A DNA stretch of 64,000 bases from Rubripirellula sp. (GTDB taxonomy: Bacteria; Planctomycetota; Planctomycetia; Pirellulales; Pirellulaceae): positions 4,512,001 through 4,576,000 of the forward strand of contig OZ244207.1 of assembly GCA_965216875.1 (NCBI GenBank). Reading direction: 5' to 3'. Shown here piece after piece: positions 49,983 through 59,820 of the stretch. The notes under the pieces were generated by a model that worked only from the letters and a program-made list of their open reading frames with translations, made no database searches and was not told where the DNA came from. Position 1 is the stretch's first letter, and the number at the start of each line of letters is the position of its first letter. The position numbers and the translations under genes are program-made.

Positions 49983-51764
49983 ATGCTCACGCGACAACTG
50001 TTGACCTGTTTCACGACCTTGATGCTGGGCGCCACCCTCATCGAACCTGTTTCGGCAGGTTGCCTTGGTCGCTTGTTCGGTCGCCGCGACGCTTACGTTG
50101 CCCAATCACCGGCCGTTCCTGCTCCGTATGTGGCCCAGTACGCGCCCAGCCAGGTGATCCTGCCAAGCAACCCACGAGACCTCCCGCTCGTGCCTCGGCA
50201 GCAGAACGGGGTCTATCAAGCGCAGCGTCCCGCCTACGGCCAACAGACGCCGATCTTTATTAACAACCAGCCGATCTACGCAAACAACCCATCGGTCTAC
50301 ACCGGTCGCCCCGTGATCGCGGGCAGTGCAGCGGCCGCACCGATCATGTCCCAACCAACGCTGATCGGCCCGGGTAATGTCCAAACATCCTACAGCGTTC
50401 CGATCGTCACACCGGCACCACGAGCAACGTCGAACGTTCCACTTGCTTCGACGATGCGCGGCAACGTCGCCGTGACCGCGCCGATCATCACGTCGGAAAC
50501 TTACCAAGCCAACTACGCTCAAGCGCCGATCACACCAGCCCCCATCACGGCTCCGGCTCCCATTACAGGGACTCCACCGAGTGCACTTTCGGCAGCGCCC
50601 GTTGCGCCACTTTACGTGACGCCGCAGCCGCAACCTCAACAACGAGGCGGTTTGTCACGTTTCTTTGGCTCGATCCTCGGCACGAACTACCGCAGTTCTT
50701 ACTACCGAGCGCCGATCACTTACTACCGCCCCGTTACCACGGTTGACCCGGTCACTGGCACGACCGTGACGGTGCAACGCCCCTGCACGTCCTACGTTCA
50801 ACGATTGCAACGAACGCCGTATGTCACGATTCAGCGACCCCTGCAACAACCGGCGCCTTGCCCAGCACCCGCGGCGTGCGCTCCCAACGGCTGCTCAACG
50901 ACGATCTACAGCACACCGGCATACAGCGCACCGGCCTACGGTACACCGGCACCCTTAGGCGCCGTCACCAGTCCGCCAACCTATGGCCAGGGAACGATTG
51001 GACAAGTCGGTGGCATGATGCAGCCGGGCGTTCACTCGGTTTCGCCGATTCCATCCACCGCACCTGGTTACCCGCCCGCAACGTCACCTTCCAACGCCTA
51101 CCCGCCAGCGGGCCAAGGTGGTGGTGGAGACTTAGCGCCGGTGGATCGTCCCGCGCTGCCAGCAGCCCCCCTTTCCAACCGCCCGCCCGTCGGATCGTCG
51201 CCCGCTCCGTCGGCAACCAACCCGGCGGCCGCACCCGCACCATCGCCCGCTGCGACTCAGCCACCGGCACCGCAACCCGATGCCGCACCCAATGCAAAGC
51301 CATCGGAGTCTTATTGGGACCTGAAGGACGCGGCCAATTCGACCGTTCAACAGTCGCGGCCGCCGCAGCAACCCCTTCCGGATCCAACGAGCATCACGTC
51401 GCAGTCGCCCGTGTCGGCGGCAAATGGGGTCGCACCCATTCGAGCTCCTGAAGATTACCGGTCACCGTTTGATAACCAAACTCGCGCGCCGATCCCACGG
51501 ACTCAATCACCCGCGCTGTTGCCATCGACGCAACCGAACGATCGTCTGCAAGCACCTCCGTTGTTGCCGCGACGACAATCGAGCCCGGCCGACAAATGGA
51601 GCCGTCCTTTCAACTCGGACGACGCCAATGTGACAAGTGTTTCGACACCTGTTAGTGTTCACGTCCGTGATGCCGCGATGACACACAATCGCAAGTTCCA
51701 GCCTGCACCGATCGAGCAGAAGCGTCCCTACCGAGACAACCTCGGCTGGGAACCCATTCGATAA
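49983..51764 (+). CDS. secreted Pro/Ala/Thr/Gln-rich, largely disordered hypothetical protein
   Basis: signal peptide; low complexity throughout; central ordered-looking motif YYRAPITYYRPVTTVDPVTGTTVTVQRPC. Confidence 0.8.
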   Translation: MLTRQLLTCFTTLMLGATLIEPVSAGCLGRLFGRRDAYVAQSPAVPAPYVAQYAPSQVILPSNPRDLPLVPRQQNGVYQAQRPAYGQQTPIFINNQPIYANNPSVYTGRPVIAGSAAAAPIMSQPTLIGPGNVQTSYSVPIVTPAPRATSNVPLASTMRGNVAVTAPIITSETYQANYAQAPITPAPITAPAPITGTPPSALSAAPVAPLYVTPQPQPQQRGGLSRFFGSILGTNYRSSYYRAPITYYRPVTTVDPVTGTTVTVQRPCTSYVQRLQRTPYVTIQRPLQQPAPCPAPAACAPNGCSTTIYSTPAYSAPAYGTPAPLGAVTSPPTYGQGTIGQVGGMMQPGVHSVSPIPSTAPGYPPATSPSNAYPPAGQGGGGDLAPVDRPALPAAPLSNRPPVGSSPAPSATNPAAAPAPSPAATQPPAPQPDAAPNAKPSESYWDLKDAANSTVQQSRPPQQPLPDPTSITSQSPVSAANGVAPIRAPEDYRSPFDNQTRAPIPRTQSPALLPSTQPNDRLQAPPLLPRRQSSPADKWSRPFNSDDANVTSVSTPVSVHVRDAAMTHNRKFQPAPIEQKRPYRDNLGWEPIR

Positions 51765-51783
51765 GAGGCGTCGGTGCGGGAAT

Positions 51784-51975
51784 CACCCTCCCACTTGTGG
51801 GAGGGTGGCAGCCGGATGCATGACACTTAGAGCTAGATGCACCAGTAGGCCATGCTTTGCATGACACCCGACTGGAATCCTTCTGGCAAACGTCGCTAAG
51901 ATCGACTTGTGCCGGATCTGCGTCGCTGTCGCTCCTTGATCCGGCCTACAGCTGTCGCTCTTTGATCCGGCCTAC
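51784..51975. repeat. REP cluster (families F, B, D remnant, C) between convergent genes
   Basis: CACCCTCCCACTTGTGGGAGGGTG 51784-51807; GTAGGCCATGCTTTGCATGAC 51845-51865; 51910-51949 is the exact reverse complement of 42366-42405; partial second copy 51951-51975. Confidence 0.85.
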
Positions 51976-52814
51976 AGCAACTGACAGTGTTGCAAGATTT
52001 CGTCGGCGGTTGCTTTGTAGCCAACATAGAACGGGCCAAACTCGGCGTACTTCGCGCTCGCTTTGTCAAAACGCATCTTGTAGACGATCTCTTTCAAATA
52101 CTCCGGGTTGCGTGCCCATAGCGTCACCATCCACTCCCAGTCATCAAGGCCGACGCCGACGGAGATCAACTGGCTCACCCGCCCAGCGAACGCGATGCCG
52201 CTCTGCGCATGTTCGGCCATCATCGAATTGCGGCTGCTAAAGGGTTCCATGAACCAGTTTGCGCCCGGCACGCGACTCTTGTTCATCGGATAAAAACAAG
52301 CCGCCGGCCACTCCGGAAACTCGGGTCGCAAACGTTGCTCGTTCATCATGGGCAAGCGACGCTCGTAGGCTGTCACCTTCGCAGCCAATTCATCCGAGCC
52401 TGGATCTGCGCCGCCAGCGATCAACTTGTCGCGGAACCGCTCCACGGTCGGAACGTACTCGCTCACTTCACTCATCGAAACGAACGACCACTCAGGTTTC
52501 ACGTAGCGTCCCAGGCCAGGCGCCATGATCTTTTGGTGAATCGCATCGACCTTGCCTGGGTCCGGATCCATCACCATCACGCCAAAGTCGGCACGATGCC
52601 CGCTCGTCCAGTAAGCGGACAACCGTTCTGGGGCATCATCCCCCTCGCCACTGAGCGCGACGCGAAACTGTTCGCAGCAGGCCGCATCGAGTGGACCACC
52701 AAGTTGCCCGCGGTCAAATCGATAGAAGTAATGTCCGGTATGCCAACCGTTTTCGGGAACAACAGAAGGCTCGGGCAGCGGTTGCTGTGATTGTCCTGGG
52801 TGAGGTCGATTCAT
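51972..52814 (-). CDS. hemQ: coproheme decarboxylase (HemQ/ChdC, chlorite dismutase superfamily)
   Basis: SFVSMSEVSEY, CFYPMNKSR..NWF, GLDDWEWMVTL, MRFDKASAKYAEFGPFYVG. Confidence 0.85.
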   Translation of the reverse strand: MNRPHPGQSQQPLPEPSVVPENGWHTGHYFYRFDRGQLGGPLDAACCEQFRVALSGEGDDAPERLSAYWTSGHRADFGVMVMDPDPGKVDAIHQKIMAPGLGRYVKPEWSFVSMSEVSEYVPTVERFRDKLIAGGADPGSDELAAKVTAYERRLPMMNEQRLRPEFPEWPAACFYPMNKSRVPGANWFMEPFSSRNSMMAEHAQSGIAFAGRVSQLISVGVGLDDWEWMVTLWARNPEYLKEIVYKMRFDKASAKYAEFGPFYVGYKATADEILQHCQLL

Positions 52815-53039
52815 CGATGTGACGCGCGTTGATGGTGAAGGGGGCTACGTAAGCAACCCTTCCATCCTAGCGTCCGTTTCGATTTGTCCCACCCAGCCAC
52901 AAGTGGCCAGCGACAAGAGGCCGCGATTTGTGAGCGGCGATGCCCGAAAAAGGCAATCGCGTGTGTGTGCTTGATGCTGGGATGCGCAGGAGAATCCACG
53001 AATCATCCAAATCACACGAATAGGAATCTCTGACAAGCT

Positions 53040-53681
53040 CTAGTTCCGACGCCACTCGGTGTAGCGGTCACGGTACCCGTGATGCTTGCTCCAATGACGC
53101 TTGCCACTGGCGCCGAAATGGCCATACGAGTAGGGTGTCTTCCACGTCTCGCGCTGATTGGCCATCGGCAGCTTCGCTTGCGATTGTTGAAAGTGATGCC
53201 ACGAAAGATGGGGCGGATGGTACTTCTGAGCCTTCTCGTGGTGGCGCTGGATCGTCGACGGCTTTTTGCGACCAGGTGCTTGAATGATCTGGTGCTGGTG
53301 CAGATCTGGGGACATGACAGCAACCGGTTCGTGCAAGTGGTGATCGTGGATGTGTCCGGCTTGCCGAACGGGCGCGGGCTGAACGGTTTGCCTTGCGGGC
53401 TGGGCGGCGTGCCGTGTCGGCTGACTTGCGGGCTGGCTTGTGCGCGAACGAAGAGCGTTTTGCGGAATCCGAGCGTTCGAGGAAGGTGCGTTGTGCGCGG
53501 CACGGTGAACTTGTTGCGTCGCGACCGGCTGAACCACGCTCGCTTGTCGAACGGGCTGAGGCCAACCGTTTGAAAGCATTTGCGTCCCCTCTTCAGCGCC
53601 GACGCCTGAGCCTGTGGAAGCGATAAGCAGCGCGAGAGAGACAACCGCAGCGGAGCGATTGATAGCGACAGTGTTCTTCAT
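53040..53681 (-). CDS. secreted His/Gln-rich hypothetical protein
   Basis: ATG 53681 with signal peptide; His clusters; aromatic C-terminal motif TPYSYGHFGA..HHGYRDRYTEW. Confidence 0.65.
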   Translation of the reverse strand: MKNTVAINRSAAVVSLALLIASTGSGVGAEEGTQMLSNGWPQPVRQASVVQPVATQQVHRAAHNAPSSNARIPQNALRSRTSQPASQPTRHAAQPARQTVQPAPVRQAGHIHDHHLHEPVAVMSPDLHQHQIIQAPGRKKPSTIQRHHEKAQKYHPPHLSWHHFQQSQAKLPMANQRETWKTPYSYGHFGASGKRHWSKHHGYRDRYTEWRRN

Positions 53682-54092
53682 CACACAACTCTCAAACAGG
53701 GCAACATGAGTAAACCTTGACGGCTGAACCTGTTTTTCTGATCGTCCTGCGTCGAGATCACGGCCAGATAAATTTCCGCAACCTGGTGTTTTGGTAACGA
53801 AAACATGGCTTCCGATCACAAACTGCCAAGGACCAAAAACTGCTCTGGCGGTGTCGCGACGCAGATCTGTATCGTTTCACGGTAATCCCCTTCCAAATCG
53901 GCGGGGCAGCGGGAGACGCTGCTGCTGGTAGGCTTGAAACAATCCAAAAGGCTATTCGGAAAGTGACGGCTGATTCGGTTGGGGAGACAGCTCACAGCGA
54001 CTTGGCTTCGGATCAGTTTGCAAAACGATCCAGGCGATAACACCGTTAGTGATGACACGAGGTCATCCACACTGCACACACGGAAGAGTGCT

Positions 54093-54971
54093 ATGAAAAT
54101 GAAACGTCGCCAGTTTGTCACGATGGTCGGATCACTTGCTGCGATCGCAGGTACACGCACCGTCTTTGCTGACAATAACCAACTGCAGGAACCGGTACAC
54201 CGTGTCGCCAATGCGAGCGTTGCCCCAGCTCCCAACACGATTCATCCGCTCGACCGAGCGCTCGACATCGCGCGTCGCGGTCTCGAACAAAGCCGTGCTC
54301 AAGTCGTCGACTACACCGCGTTGCTCGTTAAACGAGAGCGGGTTGGCGACACGCTCAATCCGCATGAATTCATGTACGTCAAAGTACGCAACCGCAAAGT
54401 CGAAGGCGGCCGCGTTGTCCAGCCACTGAGCGTTTACCTGAACTTCCTGAAGCCGACCGCGGTCAAAGGCCGCGAGGTGATCTACGTCGAAGGCCGAAAC
54501 GAGGGCAACATCACCGCGCACGAAGGTGGCTTCAAGGGACGATTCCTACCAACCGTCAATGTCCCGCCCGACGGGATGATCGCGATGCGTGGACAACGCT
54601 ACCCGGTAACCGAAATTGGTGTCGAAAACCTGATCGTGAAGCTGATCGAACGTGGCGGTCGTGCTCGCCAATCACCCGACGTGCAATGCGAATTCCGCAA
54701 GAACGCTCGCGTGAAAGACCGCGTCTGTACCGTCATGCAAGTGACGCAACCCACACGTCGTGCGGACGCCGAGTTCTATCAGGCACAAGTCTTTATTGAT
54801 GACGAATTGAACATGCCCATCCGCTACATCGCCTACGATTGGCCAAAGCGTGAAGGAGCTGCTCCCGAAGTGATCGAAGAATACAACTATCTGAACTTGA
54901 AGCTGAACGTTGGCTTGACCGACGCCGACTTCGATCCAAACAACGCAGCCTACAACTTCTATAACAAGTAG
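54093..54971 (+). CDS. DUF1571 domain protein, probable Tat substrate
   Basis: KRRQFV twin-arginine leader; DYTALLVKRERV, PLSVYLNF, GREVIYVEGRN, RYPVTEIG, EEYNYLNLKLNVGLTDADFDP. Confidence 0.88.
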   Translation: MKMKRRQFVTMVGSLAAIAGTRTVFADNNQLQEPVHRVANASVAPAPNTIHPLDRALDIARRGLEQSRAQVVDYTALLVKRERVGDTLNPHEFMYVKVRNRKVEGGRVVQPLSVYLNFLKPTAVKGREVIYVEGRNEGNITAHEGGFKGRFLPTVNVPPDGMIAMRGQRYPVTEIGVENLIVKLIERGGRARQSPDVQCEFRKNARVKDRVCTVMQVTQPTRRADAEFYQAQVFIDDELNMPIRYIAYDWPKREGAAPEVIEEYNYLNLKLNVGLTDADFDPNNAAYNFYNK

Positions 54972-54995
54972 GTCCTCGGACGCCCCCAATCTTCC

Positions 54996-55256
54996 GTAGC
55001 TACGCTCGCCAGTGCGTGGAGGGCAAAGGCCCGACGCTAGCGCTGCGGATTGCAATTCTGGTGCCACCAGTGCAACTTCTTGGGCTGTCTGGGTGGTACC
55101 GTGAGCCGCTGGCCGTCAGGCCTCGGGCCCTTGCCGACGCACAACTGGTGTGAAGGCGATTAAGGCCCGGCCGCTTACGTGATCGCGGCTCAGTTGTGTG
55201 AACTTGGGCAAGGATTTCTGCCGGTGGAAGCGCAATTGCAATCCGTAGCACTAGCG
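54996..55256. repeat. composite repeat cluster (family D REP, inverted CGCTAG..GGATTGCAATT pair, family E element)
   Basis: GTAGCTACGCTCGCCAGTGCGTGG 54996-55019; inverted 23-mers 55035-55057 and 55234-55256; interior matches about 33222-33369 on the opposite strand. Confidence 0.82.
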
Positions 55257-55327
55257 AGTTCGACCCATGGGGCGCGGAGCGGCCAAGAATGCGTCACCAC
55301 GGAGAACGCGGTTACGAGGATGCGGCG

Positions 55328-55936
55328 TCATGCCTTTGGGCGTGGCATCTCGAATCGATCGGTTGTGAGAACATAGGTTGCACCACCCATGCGTCCAATC
55401 GTCTCGAGCTTGGTTGCATCGAGACGCCCGTCGACCACCAAATCGTCTCGGACGTCGATCCAGACAATCCTGCCCACCACAAGATTGGCGCCGGCGGGTC
55501 CACTTCCAAGCTGGATCGCTTGCAGTAGTTCGCACTCGATCGACGCGGCCGCACCTGCAACACGCGGCACATCGACTTTGCTCGAATCGGCGGTAGCGAC
55601 CGATGCGATCTTGAACTCGTCTTGATCAGCCTCATATTCGCCGGCCGTCAGATTCATCGCATCAACCACGTCACTGGTGACGAGATTGACCACGAACTGG
55701 CCCGTCTCGCGAACGTTGGCCAACGTGTCTTTGGGACGCCCATCTCGCTGATTGGCGGGACAGAACATCAACGTCGGCGGATTGGCGCCGACGCCGTTGA
55801 AGAAGCTAAAGGGTGCGAGGTTCCTGACACCGCTCGATGATTGGGTCGAAACCCAAGCGATTGGGCGTGGCGTGATCAGGTTGACCATCCACGCGTACAT
55901 CGCCCCCTTGGAGAGCTCGCTTGGATCCAACTGCAT
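55328..55936 (-). CDS. flavin reductase family protein (DIM6/NTAB)
   Basis: PRPIAWVST, NLAPFSFFN, KDTLANVRETGQFVVNLV, IGRMGG.TY. Confidence 0.92.
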   Translation of the reverse strand: MQLDPSELSKGAMYAWMVNLITPRPIAWVSTQSSSGVRNLAPFSFFNGVGANPPTLMFCPANQRDGRPKDTLANVRETGQFVVNLVTSDVVDAMNLTAGEYEADQDEFKIASVATADSSKVDVPRVAGAAASIECELLQAIQLGSGPAGANLVVGRIVWIDVRDDLVVDGRLDATKLETIGRMGGATYVLTTDRFEMPRPKA

Positions 55937-55966
55937 CGGACACCTCGGTCAACGCCAACACGATCG

Positions 55967-56761
55967 CTAGGAAAGAAGCGAAACCATTGACTGATGTAGC
56001 TTCGGCGCCGCGCTCACACAAAACCGCGGCTTCCAATCGTCCATCTCTTCTCCGTCGCAAGCGGTCAGCTGCGCACCGGCTTCGCGAGCAATGACCGTGC
56101 CCGCAGCCGAGTCCCAGGCGGCGACATTGGTCGCCCAGTAGGCATCAAGCCGGCCGTCGGCAACGTAGCACATGTTGAGTGCGCACGAACCAAGCCGGCG
56201 CAACGAACGGCATTGCTCGAGGACCTTGGTGAAACGCACGACTTCGGGCGCATCCGCTTTCACACCCGCCGGAAAACTGCAAGCGATCAACGCGTGACCG
56301 AGATCCTCGCAATCACTGACCTTCATCCGACGACCATTGACGAAGGCTCCCTGGCCATCCACGGCCGTAAACATTTCGTCCATCACCGGGTCGTAGATCA
56401 CTCCCAGTCGCATCTTGCCTGCGGAATAAAGTCCGATCGAAACGGCAAAGCTCTGCAAACGGTGCACGAAGTTCACGGTGCCGTCGAGCGGGTCGACCAC
56501 CCAACAGGGCGGCGCATCCGGATCGCCACGACGCACACTTTCGGGCGGATCATTTTCGCCTTCTTCTTCACCGACGAACGCGTAAGCGTCAAAGGCTTCG
56601 AGCAAGAGTTTTCGAATCGCAGCCTGACTTGCCAGATCGGCGTCGGTGACAAGGTCTTTGGGGGCTTTTTCGCTGACAACACGATCATCACGCCGCGCCA
56701 TCAATTCCTTCGCCCCCGCCTTGGCAGCGGCAACGGCAACGTCCAAGTGTGTTTGATCCAT
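55967..56761 (-). CDS. suhB: inositol monophosphatase family protein
   Basis: DLVTDAD, GEE, WVVDPLDGTVNF, RRLGSCALNMCYVADG, WDSAAG. Confidence 0.9.
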   Translation of the reverse strand: MDQTHLDVAVAAAKAGAKELMARRDDRVVSEKAPKDLVTDADLASQAAIRKLLLEAFDAYAFVGEEEGENDPPESVRRGDPDAPPCWVVDPLDGTVNFVHRLQSFAVSIGLYSAGKMRLGVIYDPVMDEMFTAVDGQGAFVNGRRMKVSDCEDLGHALIACSFPAGVKADAPEVVRFTKVLEQCRSLRRLGSCALNMCYVADGRLDAYWATNVAAWDSAAGTVIAREAGAQLTACDGEEMDDWKPRFCVSAAPKLHQSMVSLLS

Positions 56762-56763
56762 GG

Positions 56764-57903
56764 TTATTCACCGTTCTCCAAACGGCGCAATTCTTCCAAC
56801 CAAACACGAATGTCGTTGTCGTATTCGGTCGCCATGTCGCTCATGATCAATTGACGATGAAACGCCGCGGCGCCTTTTTCAACATGCTCGGCCGCTTCCG
56901 CACTCGGAAACCGTCGGTTCGGGTCAGGCGAAATCAAGCCCATCAAGAAATTCATGAGTAGTTCGTTACAAATCACATCGTCGGGCAAGATTTCGTCCAG
57001 CCGCGATGGAAGCTCGCGTTTGGCGTGCAACAAATCACGCAGTTTGCTTTGTCCGGCAAACGGGTTCGAGCCACTCAACAGTTCGATCAAGACATAACCA
57101 ACACTGGCCAAGTCGCTGCGTGGTGTCGCTTCGTAGTTTTCCAAGACTTCGGGTGCAGCATAAAGCGGCGTGCACTCACGATCGCGCGGCGGGTTGGTGT
57201 ACATGAATGCCGAACCCATGTCGATCAGCTTTGCGTGACCGCTGCGTTTGAGCATGATGTTGGCCGGCTTTACGTCGCCGTGGACAATCCCTTCTCGGTG
57301 CAGCGCAGCGAGTGCCGCGAGGCATTCACGCACAATCGCAACGGCAACGCCCGCTTTGAAACGCGACTGCTCAGGACCGTCGGTCAAAATCACTTCGTTG
57401 ATGTACTTCCAACGCCGCTGGCTAATCCTGCCCTCGAGCAGGTCAAGACACTTGGGCGAAGTCAGTTGCCGCAGGTCATACCCGTCGATCCATTCCATCA
57501 TCATGATGCGGATGCGATCACGCTCAAAGAAGTTTTGGACGTCCAGCAGGTTGTCGTGTTGGATCAGCGCCACCTGCGAGGCAATCGTTGCCACCCGAAG
57601 CATTGCGTCGTCGTAGGCGCGGGTGTCGGTGTAGCGTTCGGGCGAAAAGACTTTCATCGCAACCGGAACGGTAAACCCGTCGGTGCCACGATATTCGGTC
57701 AAATAGACCTCGCCTTGGCCCCCTCGGCCGAGCAAACGCAGGAGATGGTGATGCCCCGTCCAGCTGACTTTGGCATCACGCGTCAACGCTTCATAGCGCT
57801 GCATCAACTTGGGGTCGGCGCCAGCGCTGGCGGACCCATGATGAGTGATTGTTGGATGCGGTTCGTATCGTGTTGTCGATTGCATGCGATTTTCACCATC
57901 CAT
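56764..57903 (-). CDS. soluble Hanks-type Ser/Thr protein kinase
   Basis: LGRGGQGEVY, VAMK, IVHGDVKPANIML, LIDMG, YAAPE, SDLASVG; start 57903 or 57885. Confidence 0.92.
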   Translation of the reverse strand: MDGENRMQSTTRYEPHPTITHHGSASAGADPKLMQRYEALTRDAKVSWTGHHHLLRLLGRGGQGEVYLTEYRGTDGFTVPVAMKVFSPERYTDTRAYDDAMLRVATIASQVALIQHDNLLDVQNFFERDRIRIMMMEWIDGYDLRQLTSPKCLDLLEGRISQRRWKYINEVILTDGPEQSRFKAGVAVAIVRECLAALAALHREGIVHGDVKPANIMLKRSGHAKLIDMGSAFMYTNPPRDRECTPLYAAPEVLENYEATPRSDLASVGYVLIELLSGSNPFAGQSKLRDLLHAKRELPSRLDEILPDDVICNELLMNFLMGLISPDPNRRFPSAEAAEHVEKGAAAFHRQLIMSDMATEYDNDIRVWLEELRRLENGE

Positions 57904-58247
57904 GACTGAGCTGCGAAATAGGGGGGAGGATGTCACGAGTCTTCAAATGTTGTCGTGACGGTTGACACAGCAGGTCCCCGCGAAGCTCGCCTCTTTGAAA
58001 CGCGTAAGGCAGTTGCCTTCCACCGTACTTCAGCCTCCGCTGATTTGAAGGGGCCTGAGCCGGGCGTGTACCCAAAGAGTCTTTCTCCCCTATAGATTTG
58101 ACAAGCTTCCAGGGCAAATTCACAAGGTGGTTTCCTCTTCCCAGCCCCGCTTTAGCCGCACAATCGGCTCGAAGTTCCGCAATCCGCCAACCTCGTTCGG
58201 CAAACCACATTTTGGCATCCACCGACCGAGCATCGAAACCGCCCCGG

Positions 58248-59750
58248 CTATTGACGCAGGTCGAAACAGACCAGCGCGTCCCGCAACCGAACAACCATCT
58301 TACCGTCGCTCACCGCGGGAGTGCTGCAGCCCAAGGGGCCACTGCGAATCGCTTTGGCCTGCCAGACCTTTTCGGCTTCCGCCTGGCCACCATCACCGCT
58401 GGCAATCTCGTCCAATTTCAACTTCTTGCGAAGATCTTCTTCGCCAATCAAAACGGAGTCCGAATCGACCTCGGCGTCATACAACTCTTGGTACTTTTCG
58501 GCATTCGCACTGAACGAAAGGATGCCTTCCCAACTGTAGAAGACCTGGTCTCCGGCAGCGATCAGTGACGTGTAGCGTGGATTCGAGATTTTCATGGTGG
58601 TTTGCCAAACGGCCTTTCCATCTGCCAGCTTTACTTTGGCCAACCGCTTATCGCCCTGCACAAAAACCGCATCACCACGCACCACCGGTGTCGACCCGGA
58701 ATCCGCGGCTCGCTGGAATTGCCAAACCAGTTCCGGCTCTTTTTCCAACGCCGAACGATTCAGTTGATAAGCACTCAGTCCACTCTTGCGCGAAGAACCA
58801 TACGTCAACAGCAAGTCCTTTGCAACAATGGGCGTCGAACTGCCCGCCCCCGATTCCAGCTCCCAAAGCTTCTTGCCATCAGCGACGCGGAAGGCCTTTG
58901 TCGTGCCCCCACGAGAGTTCACGATTGCAACCGGCTCGGAACCTGAATTCCAAACAACGGGGCTGCTGTGTGACTGGTACTCAAGCTCCGCGTCACCTTG
59001 CCAAAGGATGGCGCCGTCTTTGGTCGAAAGAGCGGTCAAGGCGCCACACGACACCAGCGCCACGTCACCGCTAACGACAAACGAACTCGCAAAGAACTCG
59101 TCACGAAAATCCCCGGGCAATCGCTTGCTCCACAACACATCGCCCGACTTGGCGTCGTAGCAATAGGCGGTCCGTTCAGCACCAAGCACGAACAATTTGC
59201 CTTGCGAAACACAGGGAGTGCCGGAGTGCGTGAAGCGAGTGTACTTCGACTGATGACTTCGCTCCCAGATCACGTCACCGGAATCCAAGTCAACACAGAT
59301 CATTCGTTCGTCGAATCGAAAAGCTTTGGCACGCGCTTCATTTTCGTCGCGTCGTTTCACTTCGTAGTCAGCGTATTCGGCGTCCGTCATTCCGGTCCGC
59401 TTCTCCGGTGCCAACCAGGGGTACTTTGCCGGCCCCAGATCGTCAGCCGCTGGATTCTTGACCTTGGTGTGCGAATAGGCATAGACGTGATTGCCGCTAA
59501 TGATCGGCGAACTCCATCCACCACTGGTGCCGCCGGGAAACGAATCAAATTTCCACTTTGGCGCCAGCCCCTGGCTGGGCAACTGTTCGATCAATGGCCC
59601 CGATTCCACAAAGCCATTTCGCTCGGGACCACGCCACTGCGGCCAATCGGCAACGCACGTCGACGCGCCGATCGAGAGTGCTGCGATCGCGGGCAAGCCC
59701 GCTCGTAGGAACTGGAGTTTCTTAAAAGGGGCAGAAGTTGTTCGCGTCAT
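58248..59750 (-). CDS. PQQ-binding-like beta-propeller protein (BamB-like family)
   Basis: signal peptide then ADWPQWRGPERNG; GWSSPII, CYDAKSGDVLW, CSTPAVSDG..LVCFDL. Confidence 0.88.
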   Translation of the reverse strand: MTRTTSAPFKKLQFLRAGLPAIAALSIGASTCVADWPQWRGPERNGFVESGPLIEQLPSQGLAPKWKFDSFPGGTSGGWSSPIISGNHVYAYSHTKVKNPAADDLGPAKYPWLAPEKRTGMTDAEYADYEVKRRDENEARAKAFRFDERMICVDLDSGDVIWERSHQSKYTRFTHSGTPCVSQGKLFVLGAERTAYCYDAKSGDVLWSKRLPGDFRDEFFASSFVVSGDVALVSCGALTALSTKDGAILWQGDAELEYQSHSSPVVWNSGSEPVAIVNSRGGTTKAFRVADGKKLWELESGAGSSTPIVAKDLLLTYGSSRKSGLSAYQLNRSALEKEPELVWQFQRAADSGSTPVVRGDAVFVQGDKRLAKVKLADGKAVWQTTMKISNPRYTSLIAAGDQVFYSWEGILSFSANAEKYQELYDAEVDSDSVLIGEEDLRKKLKLDEIASGDGGQAEAEKVWQAKAIRSGPLGCSTPAVSDGKMVVRLRDALVCFDLRQ

Positions 59751-59820
59751 TTCAAATCCTTGTTTCAGGTCACCCGCAGTGTACCCGACCGGTGAACCCA
59801 AGTGCTCACGATTGTCCGCT

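Noticed and set aside
57991..58079. tRNA-like cloverleaf
   Set aside because: No T-loop TTCRA, no D-loop GG in position and no 7-nt anticodon loop
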